A stretch of DNA of 64,000 nt from contig CANRFY010000007.1 of NCBI GenBank assembly GCA_947630015.1, positions 2,526 to 66,525 of the forward strand, given 5' to 3'. Below, piece by piece: positions 8,392-17,395 of this stretch. The DNA is from an uncultured Clostridia bacterium (lineage in GTDB: Bacteria; Bacillota; Clostridia; Oscillospirales; CAG-272). Both the position numbers and the translations under genes were made by a program. Every line of letters begins with the position of its first letter. The stretch's first letter is position 1. Under the pieces are notes generated by a model. It was not told where the DNA came from. It did no database searches and saw only the letters and a list, made by a program, of their open reading frames with translations.

Positions 8392-10074
8392 ATGGCAAGA
8401 AAGAAGAAAACAAAATTAGGCAAGGTAAGAGTCGCCGCCCTCGGCGGCATTGACGAGATCGGAAAAAATCTGTACGTCATCGAATATGAATCCGACATCA
8501 TCGTTGTTGACTGCGGGCTGGGATTTCCCGATGAGGAAATGCCCGGCGTTGATCTTGTGATCCCCGATATCACATACCTTGAAAAGAATGCGGATCGCGT
8601 GCGCGGCATCTATATCACGCACGGACACGAGGATCATATCGGCGCGCTGCCTTATGTGCTGCGCACCCTCCATGTCCCCGTCTACGGGACCCGCCTCACG
8701 CTCGGCATCCTCGAAAGCAAGCTCGCCGAGCATAAGCTCGACTATAAGCCGGAGCTGAACTGCGTCGCCGCCGGCGACGTCATCGCGGCTGGCGAACTCA
8801 CCGTCGAGTTCATCCGCGTCAATCACAGCATCGCGGACGCGTGCGCGCTCGCGATCAAAACGCCGCTCGGGTACATCATCCATACCGGCGACTTCAAATT
8901 TGATCTGTCCCCCATCGACGGCGAGGTCATGGATGTAAAACGTCTCGCCGAGATCGGCGCGGAGGGAGTCCTGCTTCTGATGTGCGACTCCACCAACGCC
9001 GAACGTCCCGGATATACGCCGTCCGAACGCACCGTCGGGACGTCGTTTGATCATATTTTCGCATCGCACACGATGCAGCGCATCATAATCGCGACATTCT
9101 CCTCTAACGTGCATCGCGTTCAGCAGGTCATAGATTGCAGCATCCGTCACGGACGCAAGGTCGCGATCACGGGACGCAGTATGCTGACCGTTGTCGGCGC
9201 GGCCGAACGGCTCGGATACATGGATTTCCCGAAGGGCGCCATCATCGATATAAACGATATCAAAAAATACCCCGACAGCCGCGTCACCATCATCACGACT
9301 GGCTCGCAGGGCGAGCCTATGTCGGCGCTGTCGCGTATGGCGTTCGGCGATCATTCGAGCGTCACGGTCGGGAAAAACGACATCGTCGTCATCTCCGCAA
9401 ACGCGATCCCGGGCAACGAAAAGCTTGTCGGAAAGACTGTAAACGAGCTTTATCGCTGCGGCGCCGAGGTCTATAACGACACCTCGACGCAGATTCACGT
9501 CTCCGGCCACGCGTGCCAGGAGGACCTCAAATTCATGCACGCGCTCACAAAGCCGCGCTATTTTATGCCGATCCACGGCGAACGCCGTCATTTAATGGAG
9601 CATCGAAAGCTCGCCATCTTCATGGGAGAAGCGCCGGAAAACATCTTTGTTCCCGAGACCGGCAAGGTGCTTGAGATCGACGAGGCCGGAGCGAGATGGG
9701 CGGGGACCGTCCCGTCGGGACGTCTTCTCGTCGACGGCACCGGCGTCGGAGACGTCGGCTCCGTTGTGCTGCGCGACAGAATTCTTTTGTCTCAGGACGG
9801 ATTGATAGTCGTATCGGCGGCGATCGATCCTTTGGCGCGCGACATTGTGACGCCGCCCGACATTTACACGCGCGGATTCATTTATGTAAAGGAATCCGAG
9901 GATCTGATGGAGGAAATGCGCGCCGTATCGCTCGATGCGCTGGAGCGCGCCGTGACAGATTATAAGGCGGACATTTCGGACATCAAGAACGAGGTTCGGG
10001 ACTCGCTCTCCAAATTCATATCGAAGCGGGTGAAACGCCGCCCGATAATATTGCCGATCATTTTGGAGGTATAA
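8392..10074 (+). CDS. rnj: Ribonuclease J
   Basis: 560 aa; N-terminal KVRVAALGGIDEIGKN, metallo-beta-lactamase HGHEDHIG motif, beta-CASP layout; ATG preceded by AAAGGAA. Confidence 0.95.
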   Translation: MARKKKTKLGKVRVAALGGIDEIGKNLYVIEYESDIIVVDCGLGFPDEEMPGVDLVIPDITYLEKNADRVRGIYITHGHEDHIGALPYVLRTLHVPVYGTRLTLGILESKLAEHKLDYKPELNCVAAGDVIAAGELTVEFIRVNHSIADACALAIKTPLGYIIHTGDFKFDLSPIDGEVMDVKRLAEIGAEGVLLLMCDSTNAERPGYTPSERTVGTSFDHIFASHTMQRIIIATFSSNVHRVQQVIDCSIRHGRKVAITGRSMLTVVGAAERLGYMDFPKGAIIDINDIKKYPDSRVTIITTGSQGEPMSALSRMAFGDHSSVTVGKNDIVVISANAIPGNEKLVGKTVNELYRCGAEVYNDTSTQIHVSGHACQEDLKFMHALTKPRYFMPIHGERRHLMEHRKLAIFMGEAPENIFVPETGKVLEIDEAGARWAGTVPSGRLLVDGTGVGDVGSVVLRDRILLSQDGLIVVSAAIDPLARDIVTPPDIYTRGFIYVKESEDLMEEMRAVSLDALERAVTDYKADISDIKNEVRDSLSKFISKRVKRRPIILPIILEV

Positions 10075-10132
10075 CTGAGACGCCTCCGGCGTTCGGCGAA
10101 ATTCAAATCCATACGTAAGAGGAAGCAAAGCT

Positions 10133-10432
10133 ATGGTAAAGCACGTAATTTTATGGCGTCTGCGCCGTGATCACGACGAGGATGATCTGATGAAGAAGAT
10201 CGCGTTCTGTGAGGAGGGATTCGCGCGGCTTGTCGGCGTGATCCCCGGGCTTTTGTCCATCAAGCTCTACACGCGTCCGCTGCCGACGTCGAATTGTGAC
10301 TTGATGCTTGACGCGGTGTTTGAGAGCGAGGCGGCGTATTCCGTCTACAAATCAGCGCCGGAGCATATATCCGTGGCGAGCGTGATCCGTCCTCTTGTAG
10401 AGGACAGGATCTGTATGGACTGTGAGATGTAA
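10133..10432 (+). CDS. Dabb (stress-responsive alpha/beta-barrel) family protein
   Basis: 99 aa, MVKHVILW... pattern of Dabb domain; followed by canonical terminator. Confidence 0.7.
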   Translation: MVKHVILWRLRRDHDEDDLMKKIAFCEEGFARLVGVIPGLLSIKLYTRPLPTSNCDLMLDAVFESEAAYSVYKSAPEHISVASVIRPLVEDRICMDCEM

Positions 10433-10456
10433 AAAGGGGGCGCAAGCCCCCTTTTG
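10431..10456 (+). terminator. Rho-independent terminator after Dabb gene
   Basis: AAAAAGGGGGC-GCAA-GCCCCCTTTTG. Confidence 0.8.
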
Positions 10457-10469
10457 TGCTGCCCCTGCG

Positions 10470-11180
10470 GCTGCGACAAAGATTTTCTTTGGCGATGCGC
10501 CACTTCTAATCTAAAACTTTTGCAAAGTTAAAAAAGCGTTAAGGGTCTCTTTGCTGGCCGGCAAAGAGACGCGCGCGCAAAGGATTCTCCTTTGCAATCC
10601 TATCCATTCCTTTTCACAAACTTTTTCAAAGTTTTTAAATTTTGTTAAGGGCCTCTTTCTCGCAAGAAAGAGGCCCTTAACGATCCCGAAAGAGGCTCCC
10701 GTGTGGCGTCAATTCGGCTCAAGTCGGCGGAAAGAATCGCTTGGGGCGTAAACCGCGATTTTATTTTAGCAAACAGTTTCGTGCCTCCGCGCGGCGGGTC
10801 GAGATCGATGCGATCCTGTCTTGGTTAATAGATCACTGATATCGTCAGATTCCGCTTGTGTCGTGCGAACAGCTCCGATTCACAATGAGATACGCGACGG
10901 TTCGCACCGGTTGGCGCGCAATATCGTGCATCCGTGAGGGGTTATGTCAGTGCGAACGCGGGGTTGATTTTGCAAAAATTGTTAGGGCTACGCCGCGAAC
11001 GGATCGAGATCAAAGCGTCAGCGTCGTGGTTAATCGGTTGCTGAGATGGCCAGATCAACCTTGCTTAGTGCGAACAAACGGAACGCACAAAGGGTAACGC
11101 CAGTGTCGCTTTGGCTGGCGTAGGTGGAACAAGGCAACCAGCGATTGCTTACTTTTTGCCACGCAAACGGTAACACGTTT
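10470..11180 (+). repeat. Mosaic repeat copy R2 (alpha-long, beta, gamma2)
   Basis: H2 10644-10681; beta to 10960; gamma2 shared with 27211-27440 and (inverted) 61400-61615. Confidence 0.9.
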
Positions 11181-11231
11181 TTTGTGGACACAGTTTTCCT
11201 CAATATAAATTTTTACAGCAACCGTGACTCA

Positions 11232-11870
11232 ACCCCTCTCGTCGCACCTCATTCCCTGTGCCGTAGGCTTCCCAGCCTCACCTGCGCGCACCGTGCGCGT
11301 GCGATGTCCGTCGCTGCCAGCGTCGGATCGATTGCGACGTTTTGGCGGCGCAGTCGAATAAGTCCGCGTGGGAGCTGTTAGCTGTTAGTGGGATCGCGTT
11401 CGCCCTGACATAAACCCTCACGGAAGCACAAAACTGCACGCCAACCGGTGCAAACCGTCGCGTATCTCATTGTGAATCCCATTTGTTCGCACGACACGAG
11501 CGGAATCTGACGATACCGGCCTCACCCCGTTTGCGACGCTGACGCCTCGATCTCGACCCGCCGCGCGGAGGTACAAAGCTGTTTACCAAAATAATATCGC
11601 GGTTTACGCCCTAAACAATTCTTTCCGCCGATTGAATAACATCGACGCCACACGGGAGCCTCTTTCGGGATCGTTAAGGGCCTCTTTCTTGCGAGAAAGA
11701 GGCCCTTAACATTATTTAAAAACTTTGTAAAGTTTGCAGAAAAGGAAACGATATGATTGCAAAGGAAGCTCCTTTGCGCGGACGCCTCTTTGCCGGCCAG
11801 CAAAGAGGCCCTTAACTCTTTTTTAAACTTTGCAAAAGTTATAGCTTTAGACTGGCGCGAATCGCCTGAA
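11232..11870 (-). repeat. Mosaic repeat copy R3 (alpha-long, beta, gamma1), convergent with R2
   Basis: Reverse complement of the R1-type sequence; H2 11673-11710, H1 11784-11816. Confidence 0.9.
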
Positions 11871-11889
11871 CCCCGCCCCACGTCCCCTT

Positions 11890-12483
11890 TCACTTCAGTG
11901 AAAGATACTTGCTGTACGCCGCAGCGTAATTGACCCCGCTCCACACCGTCATCACGGTCATGAACGCGAGCGTCGCATACGAAAGAATGTGATATTCCGC
12001 AACGACGTCGACGAAGGGGGTGCTCCCGAACAGCACCGGCTCCAACAGCGCGGTTAGAATGAACGTGATCTGCGACACGGTCTTGACCTTGCCGAGCCAG
12101 TTTGCGGCCAGCGTCGTCGCCGACGCCTTCCCCGACACCACCATCCGGAGCGAGGTGATCCCAAGCTCGCGGAATATGACGATCAGCGTCGCCACAAGCA
12201 GAAACGGCTTCATGTACGAGAACGGATCGCAATACAGCATCGTGATCAGCGCGGCGAACACCATGAATTTGTCTGCGACGGGGTCCATAAGCTTGCCGAA
12301 ATCGGTGATAAGATCGTATTTGCGCGCGATCTTGCCGTCGAGCATATCGGTCAGCGACGTGATCCCGAACACGGCCGCCGCGATCAGATTCACATACGGA
12401 TACGGGATGCCGACCGTCATGACGACGACGAAAACAGGCACGAGCGCGACGCGCAGAAGCGTCAATTTATTCGGTAGATTCAT
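11890..12483 (-). CDS. pgsA: CDP-diacylglycerol--glycerol-3-phosphate 3-phosphatidyltransferase
   Basis: 197 aa; CDP-alcohol phosphatidyltransferase motif DMLDGKIARKYDLITDFGKLMDPVADK; downstream of rimO as in many Firmicutes. Confidence 0.92.
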   Translation of the reverse strand: MNLPNKLTLLRVALVPVFVVVMTVGIPYPYVNLIAAAVFGITSLTDMLDGKIARKYDLITDFGKLMDPVADKFMVFAALITMLYCDPFSYMKPFLLVATLIVIFRELGITSLRMVVSGKASATTLAANWLGKVKTVSQITFILTALLEPVLFGSTPFVDVVAEYHILSYATLAFMTVMTVWSGVNYAAAYSKYLSLK

Positions 12484-12532
12484 ATTGCTTTTTCCTTTCA
12501 GCAGAGAACGTCGGGAATCGATATCGAACCGT

Positions 12533-13861
12533 TTACGAAACGACCTCGCCGCGCAGATCGTAATCGAGCGTTTCGGTGATCTTCACGCGGATATGAGTCC
12601 CCGGCTCGGGGCGTTTTTTCTCGGGCAGAGTGAAATACACCATCCCGTCGACGTCGGGGGCGTCCCACTGTGTTCGGCCGTAGCACGAATCGGCGACGTA
12701 ATCGTAGCCCTCGTAGATGACGTCGAGGACTTTTCCGACGCGGCGCGCGTTTATCTTCGCCGAGATAGGCAGCTGCGCCGCCATGATCCTGTCGTAGCGA
12801 TCCTGTTTTACCTGCTCGTCGATCTGATCGGGGAAATCGTATGCGGGCGTTCCCTCCTCGCGGGAATATTTGAACGCACCGAATTTATCGAATTTCACCT
12901 CGTGGACGAACTCGAGCAGCTCGTCAAATTCGGCCTCGGTCTCGCCCGGGAAGCCGACGATCGCAGTCGTGCGGATCGCGATATTCGGTATTCCGCTGCG
13001 GAGCCTGTTGACCGCGTCGCGGACGCAGGCGGCGCCGCCGTGGCGGTTCATGCGGGAAAGCACGGTATCGGCGACGTGCTGGATCGGCAGGTCGATGTAT
13101 TTGACGACTCGCGGATTGTCGCGTATTTCGCGGATCAGCTCGTCGGTGATCTTATCGGGATAGCAGTACATGATGCGGAGCCACGGGATCGAGGTCTCCT
13201 CCGTTATCCTGTGCAAAAGCTCGGCGAGCTTGTATTCACCGTACAGATCGATCCCGTAACGCGTCGTGTCCTGTGCGACGAGGATGAGTTCGCCGACTCC
13301 GAGGGAGTCGAGCGATTTTGCCTCCTCGATAATATCCTCCATCGTGCGGGAGCGGTGGCGGCCGCGTATGTACGGTATCGCGCAGTAGGAGCAGCGATTG
13401 TCGCAACCCTCCGCGATCTTGAGATACGCGAACGCGTCCGTCGTTACGACGCGTTCGCCGCCGAGCGGCGCCGAATCGCGGTCGCCGTATGCGGCGAATT
13501 TGCCGCCGGCCTCGACGGCGCGAACCGCGTCCACGATCTCATGCACCGAACCGACGCCGAGAACGGCGTCGACCTCCGGCATCTCCTTCATGATCTCGTC
13601 GCGGTAACGCTCCGGCAGACATCCCGTCACTATTATGCCGCGCAGACCGCGGTTCTCCTTGAGCCACGCCACGTCGAGAATGCTGTCGATGGCCTCCCGC
13701 CGCGCTTCCTCTAAAAACGCGCACGTGTTCACGATCATGATGTCAGCCTCCGTGTCCTCCGGCGTGATCTCGTATCCCGCGTCGGTCAGAAGCTTTAACA
13801 TCACCTCTGTGTCCATCAAATTCTTCGCACATCCGAGAGATATGAAGCCAATTTTGGTCAT
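12533..13861 (-). CDS. rimO: Ribosomal protein S12 methylthiotransferase RimO
   Basis: 442 aa; KIGFISLGCAKN N-terminus, radical-SAM CDNRCSYC, C-terminal TRAM-like part. Confidence 0.88.
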   Translation of the reverse strand: MTKIGFISLGCAKNLMDTEVMLKLLTDAGYEITPEDTEADIMIVNTCAFLEEARREAIDSILDVAWLKENRGLRGIIVTGCLPERYRDEIMKEMPEVDAVLGVGSVHEIVDAVRAVEAGGKFAAYGDRDSAPLGGERVVTTDAFAYLKIAEGCDNRCSYCAIPYIRGRHRSRTMEDIIEEAKSLDSLGVGELILVAQDTTRYGIDLYGEYKLAELLHRITEETSIPWLRIMYCYPDKITDELIREIRDNPRVVKYIDLPIQHVADTVLSRMNRHGGAACVRDAVNRLRSGIPNIAIRTTAIVGFPGETEAEFDELLEFVHEVKFDKFGAFKYSREEGTPAYDFPDQIDEQVKQDRYDRIMAAQLPISAKINARRVGKVLDVIYEGYDYVADSCYGRTQWDAPDVDGMVYFTLPEKKRPEPGTHIRVKITETLDYDLRGEVVS

Positions 13862-13876
13862 TTTATTTTATTTTGA

Positions 13877-13935
13877 GAGGAACTTTTTGAAAAAAGTTCC
13901 CCTCAAACTCCCTTCAAAAACTTTTATTACAAGGG
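13877..13935 (-). repeat. Palindrome family P, copy P1 (immediately 5' of rimO ATG)
   Basis: GAGGAACTTTTTGAAAAAAGTTCCCCTC plus flank CCTTCAAAAACTTTTATTACAAGGG. Confidence 0.85.
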
Positions 13936-14337
13936 TTATTTTTAGATAAATCAAAAACATTTGCTGTCTTCAGGGATAGCTTAAGATAAACACGATTTGG
14001 TCCGCTTTTGGAAGGGAACATCTCCTCGCTTTGCTCGGAGCTGTCACACTTTTCGCGTAGCGGAAAGTGTCCTTTCTACAAAAAGGTTCCTCGCAAACAA
14101 AAAAGTTGCCTCAAGTAAAAGCTTTTTGCTGCTAATATATCAACTATAACAATTCAATCAAAAAATGTTTCTCTCTCGCAACCGTCCGCTCATTCCAATA
14201 TCGTTCTCATCCCTGCGCGCAGATGAAAACGATGCAAATCGTTTTCTCGACTTCGTCCGCGCTGTGAATCGACAGCTCCGCAAAGCCTGATCGCATATAT
14301 CCCCCGCATAACAATCGCCGTTTCCCTCACGCAAACG

Positions 14338-14601
14338 CTATTCCCCGTCGACGCGTCCGCCGCAGTACGGGCAGAACCGCCCCGACACGGGAAGCACTTT
14401 TCCGCAGTGCGGACATTTTCGTAACGCGAGCCTCATCGCCGCGCCCGCGATCAACGCCAAAAATCCCGCCGCCGCGATATAGGCGCAGACGGCGACGCCG
14501 TCGTAATTTCCGTCCGCGATCATAAGTCCCATCGCGAGCAGATCCGTGACAAGGACAAAAACGGCGGCCGCGATCGTTATAATCGCTGCTTTTTTCATCA
14601 T
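14338..14601 (-). CDS. Small membrane protein with C-terminal zinc ribbon
   Basis: 87 aa; two hydrophobic helices then CPHCG...CPYCGG; start overlaps recX stop (ATGA). Confidence 0.55.
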   Translation of the reverse strand: MMKKAAIITIAAAVFVLVTDLLAMGLMIADGNYDGVAVCAYIAAAGFLALIAGAAMRLALRKCPHCGKVLPVSGRFCPYCGGRVDGE

Positions 14602-15236
14602 TCCATCCCGTTTAATTTCAAGAGCGCGTGTCGTATGTCTTCGCCGCTGAAGCCCTGACGGAACAGATACGACATCATCCGCCTGCGCTCGTCAGGCTCC
14701 GTGCGCGGCGGGAACCCGCCGCGCCGCTCGATGGCGCTTGCGCATACGGCGGCGAAATCGATATCGCATTTCTCGTCGAACCATTCGTCGATATCTTCGC
14801 GCTCATAGCCGAGCGCGCACAGCTCGGCGGCGATGCGCCGCCGTCCGCGCAGCCGCTGATATGCAAGCGCGTGCGCGCGGCGCTCGATCTGTTCGCCCTC
14901 CGTGATAAGGCCGACGACATAGAGCTTCTCGGCGGCTTCCTCGGCGATATCGCGGGGGAATCCGCGTTCGCGGAGCTTTGCCGCAAGCTGCTTTTTCGAT
15001 TTATCCGAATACGACAAAAGGCGAAGTCCGGCGCGGTACGCGTCATAGACGCGCGCGGCGCGCTCTAATTTTTCCTCGTTTTCGTCGGTGATCACATATC
15101 CGATCCGCGCGCCGATCACCTCGATTATATGCGGCAGCACCGTATATTTGCGGCGAGCGCGCGTCTCGGGATCGACGACGGTGACGTCGGCGGTCAGCGG
15201 TCCGTATGTGATATCTTCTATGTATGAATTTATCAA
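14598..15236 (-). CDS. recX: Recombination regulator RecX
   Basis: 212 aa; RecX helical repeats (KSKKQLAAKLRERGFPRDIAEEAAEKL); 2-nt gap downstream of recA. Confidence 0.88.
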   Translation of the reverse strand: MINSYIEDITYGPLTADVTVVDPETRARRKYTVLPHIIEVIGARIGYVITDENEEKLERAARVYDAYRAGLRLLSYSDKSKKQLAAKLRERGFPRDIAEEAAEKLYVVGLITEGEQIERRAHALAYQRLRGRRRIAAELCALGYEREDIDEWFDEKCDIDFAAVCASAIERRGGFPPRTEPDERRRMMSYLFRQGFSGEDIRHALLKLNGME

Positions 15237-15238
15237 GC

Positions 15239-16354
15239 TCAGATCTCGCCCTCGCCGTCTATGTCGAGAAGTCTTATATCGAGATCGTCGTCAAGCTCGT
15301 CGGGATCGATGCCCTCCTCGTCGCTTTCGTCGGCAAGAAGCTTTTCCTTGACCTTTGCCTCGACCTCGGCGGCAAGCGCCTCGTCCGATTCAAATACCTT
15401 TCTCGCCGCGTCGCGTCCCTGCGCCAGTCTGTTGCCGTCGTAGGAGAACCACGACCCGCTCTTCTGGATCACACCGGCTTCGACGCCGAGATCGACAAGC
15501 TCGCTCGATTTCGAGATGCCGCGTCCGTACAGCATATCGAATTCCGCCGTCTTGAACGGCGGCGCGACCTTGTTTTTGACGACCTTGACGCGCGTTCTGC
15601 TGCCGATCACCTCGGAGCCGTTCTTGATCGCTTCGATCTTGCGCACGTCGAGACGCACCGACGCGTAAAATTTGAGCGCGCGGCCGCCCGTCGTCGTCTC
15701 GGGATTGCCGTACATGACATTGATCTTTTCGCGGAGCTGGTTTATAAATATTACGATGCAGTTCGTCTTGGAGATCGATCCCGACAACTTGCGGAGCGCC
15801 TGCGACATCAGTCTCGCCTGAAGTCCCACCGTCGCGCTTCCCATCTCGCCCTCTATCTCCTGCTGCGGAACGAGCGCCGCAACGGAGTCGATGACGATAA
15901 TATCGATCGCGCCGGATAAAACGAGCGCTTCCGTGATGGCGAGCGCCTGCTCGCCCGAATCTGGCTGCGATACGAGCAGCTGATCTATATCGACGCCGAG
16001 CGCCTTCGCATATACGGGATCGAGCGCGTGTTCCGCGTCGATGAAGGCGGCCTCGCCGCCCGCTTTCTGTACCTCCGCCACCGCGTGCAGCGCAAGCGTC
16101 GTTTTACCTGACGATTCGGGACCGTATATTTCGATGATGCGTCCCTTCGGATAACCGCCGATGCCGAGCGCAAGATCGAGCGTGATCGAGCCGGACGGCG
16201 ACGCCGATACGTTTAAATGCTGCGTCTCGCCCAGCTTCATTATCGAGCCGCTGCCGTAATCCTTCGTTATCTGTAAAAGCGCCGCTTCAAGCGCTTTCTG
16301 TTTGTCGTCGGCGGGCGCCGCTTTGACTGTCACCGTCTTCTTTGTCTTTGCCAT
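15239..16354 (-). CDS. recA: Recombinase RecA
   Basis: 371 aa; Walker [30 protein letters not shown], acidic C-tail; GAGG RBS. Confidence 0.98.
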   Translation of the reverse strand: MAKTKKTVTVKAAPADDKQKALEAALLQITKDYGSGSIMKLGETQHLNVSASPSGSITLDLALGIGGYPKGRIIEIYGPESSGKTTLALHAVAEVQKAGGEAAFIDAEHALDPVYAKALGVDIDQLLVSQPDSGEQALAITEALVLSGAIDIIVIDSVAALVPQQEIEGEMGSATVGLQARLMSQALRKLSGSISKTNCIVIFINQLREKINVMYGNPETTTGGRALKFYASVRLDVRKIEAIKNGSEVIGSRTRVKVVKNKVAPPFKTAEFDMLYGRGISKSSELVDLGVEAGVIQKSGSWFSYDGNRLAQGRDAARKVFESDEALAAEVEAKVKEKLLADESDEEGIDPDELDDDLDIRLLDIDGEGEI

Positions 16355-16375
16355 TACAATACCTCATCATAAAAA

Positions 16376-16387
16376 GAACATTTGTTT
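16376..16387 (-). promoter_or_regulatory. LexA (Cheo/SOS) box-like site upstream of recA
   Basis: GAACATTTGTTT vs Firmicutes GAAC-N4-GTTC (one core mismatch), just downstream of candidate -10. Confidence 0.5.
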
Positions 16388-16392
16388 TCTAT

Positions 16393-16421
16393 ATTGTAAC
16401 AGATATGTGGGAATAAATCAA
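16393..16421 (-). promoter_or_regulatory. Candidate recA promoter TTGATT-N17-TACAAT
   Basis: Read on minus strand: TTGATT tattcccacatatctgt TACAAT. Confidence 0.45.
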
Positions 16422-16681
16422 TATCTTTTTGAAAAATTCTTGCCCATAAAAAATATGGGGAAAATTTGCCGATGCCGCGGCAAACTCCAAACCTCGCTCC
16501 GCTCGGCGATGCTCGCATTCAAATGCAAGTCAAATGTACCGCACCCCCGAATATACTGTTCAGTTTCCTCTTTCGCCTTTGCAAATCTATCGTTTCTCAG
16601 CGCAGACGAAGTCGAGCATCGAACGTCCCGCACCATCCTCACCCATGTGCAGAGATAATTATTGACAGTAAGACCATTTTT

Positions 16682-16753
16682 CATAAAAGTTTTTGAAAAA
16701 GAGGGGGGTCTGGGGGGAGAAAAAACTTTTTTCAAAAAGTTTTTCCTCCCCCC
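16682..16753 (+). repeat. Palindrome family P, copy P2 (terminator position after lipoprotein gene)
   Basis: flank CATAAAAGTTTTTGAAAAAGAGGGG plus GGGGGGAGAAAAAACTTTTTTCAAAAAGTTTTTCCTCCCCCC. Confidence 0.85.
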
Positions 16754-16768
16754 TATTAAATTCAAAAA

Positions 16769-17395
16769 CTAATACGTAGGAGAGTCGAGGCGCCAGCCGG
16801 AGGGTTCGAGGCGGACGGTGACGGTGACGGTGACGGCGGGGTCGTTTTCGGCGGGGAGCGAGGTGATCTCGGCTCTGATCAAATTTTTCGTGGTAGAGAC
16901 AATGCGGACGGAGTCGAAGTCATAGCCGCGCGGCGGGAATATATCCACGTCGTCCGCGATCCGCATCGTGAGTCTGTCGCCGTTTTCGATATAGCGGGCG
17001 TAGACGGCCTTTTCGCCGCTGCTGTAGCCCGTCAGAAACGTCCGGAACAGATAGCCGGCGTAATCGCTCGTGAATACCTCAAGCGTACCCTCGCGCAGCG
17101 CCGCCTCCGTCAAATACGGCGCGTCGTCCGCAACATACGCGTATAGGATCGCGTCCTCGTCGTCGCGTACCGGCATCCCTTCGCCGAAATATATATCGTT
17201 CAGCGGCAAGGACGCCTCCACAAGCTCCCGCACGATCTCCACCGCCTCATCCTCCGGCACCCCGCCCCCGCAGGACGTCAGGAGGAGGAGGATGGTCAGG
17301 AGCAGGGGGAAGAGTGGGGGAAAAACTTTTTGAAAAAAGTTTTTCCCCCACACCCCCTTTTCAAAAACTTTTATTACATTATTTTTATTATTCAT
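16769..17395 (-). CDS. Putative lipoprotein, unknown function
   Basis: Lipobox LLLTSC after hydrophobic stretch; chosen ATG 17395 overlaps the gyrA stop; the N-terminal region is encoded by palindrome P3, so the start is uncertain. Confidence 0.5.
   Translation of the reverse strand: MNNKNNVIKVFEKGVWGKNFFQKVFPPLFPLLLTILLLLTSCGGGVPEDEAVEIVRELVEASLPLNDIYFGEGMPVRDDEDAILYAYVADDAPYLTEAALREGTLEVFTSDYAGYLFRTFLTGYSSGEKAVYARYIENGDRLTMRIADDVDIFPPRGYDFDSVRIVSTTKNLIRAEITSLPAENDPAVTVTVTVRLEPSGWRLDSPTY
17326..17380 (-). repeat. Palindrome family P, copy P3 (inside 5' end of lipoprotein ORF, just 3' of gyrA)
   Basis: GGGGGAAAAACTTTTTGAAAAAAGTTTTTCCCCC plus flank CCCCCTTTTCAAAAACTTTTATTACATT. Confidence 0.85.

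Noticed and set aside
12020-13714. Long antisense ORFs (564 aa here; also 8416-9591, 2126-3370, 23500-24768, 45701-47386, 55595-56626, 58425-59729, 62108-63127)
   Set aside because: Their translations are Arg/Ala/Asp/Gly-rich and low in complexity, as is typical of shadow frames in GC-rich DNA. In every case the opposite strand encodes a recognisable conserved protein (rimO, rnj, Mrp subunits, dnaN, kinase-operon genes, oxidoreductase, glycosidase, rsmG/mnmG).
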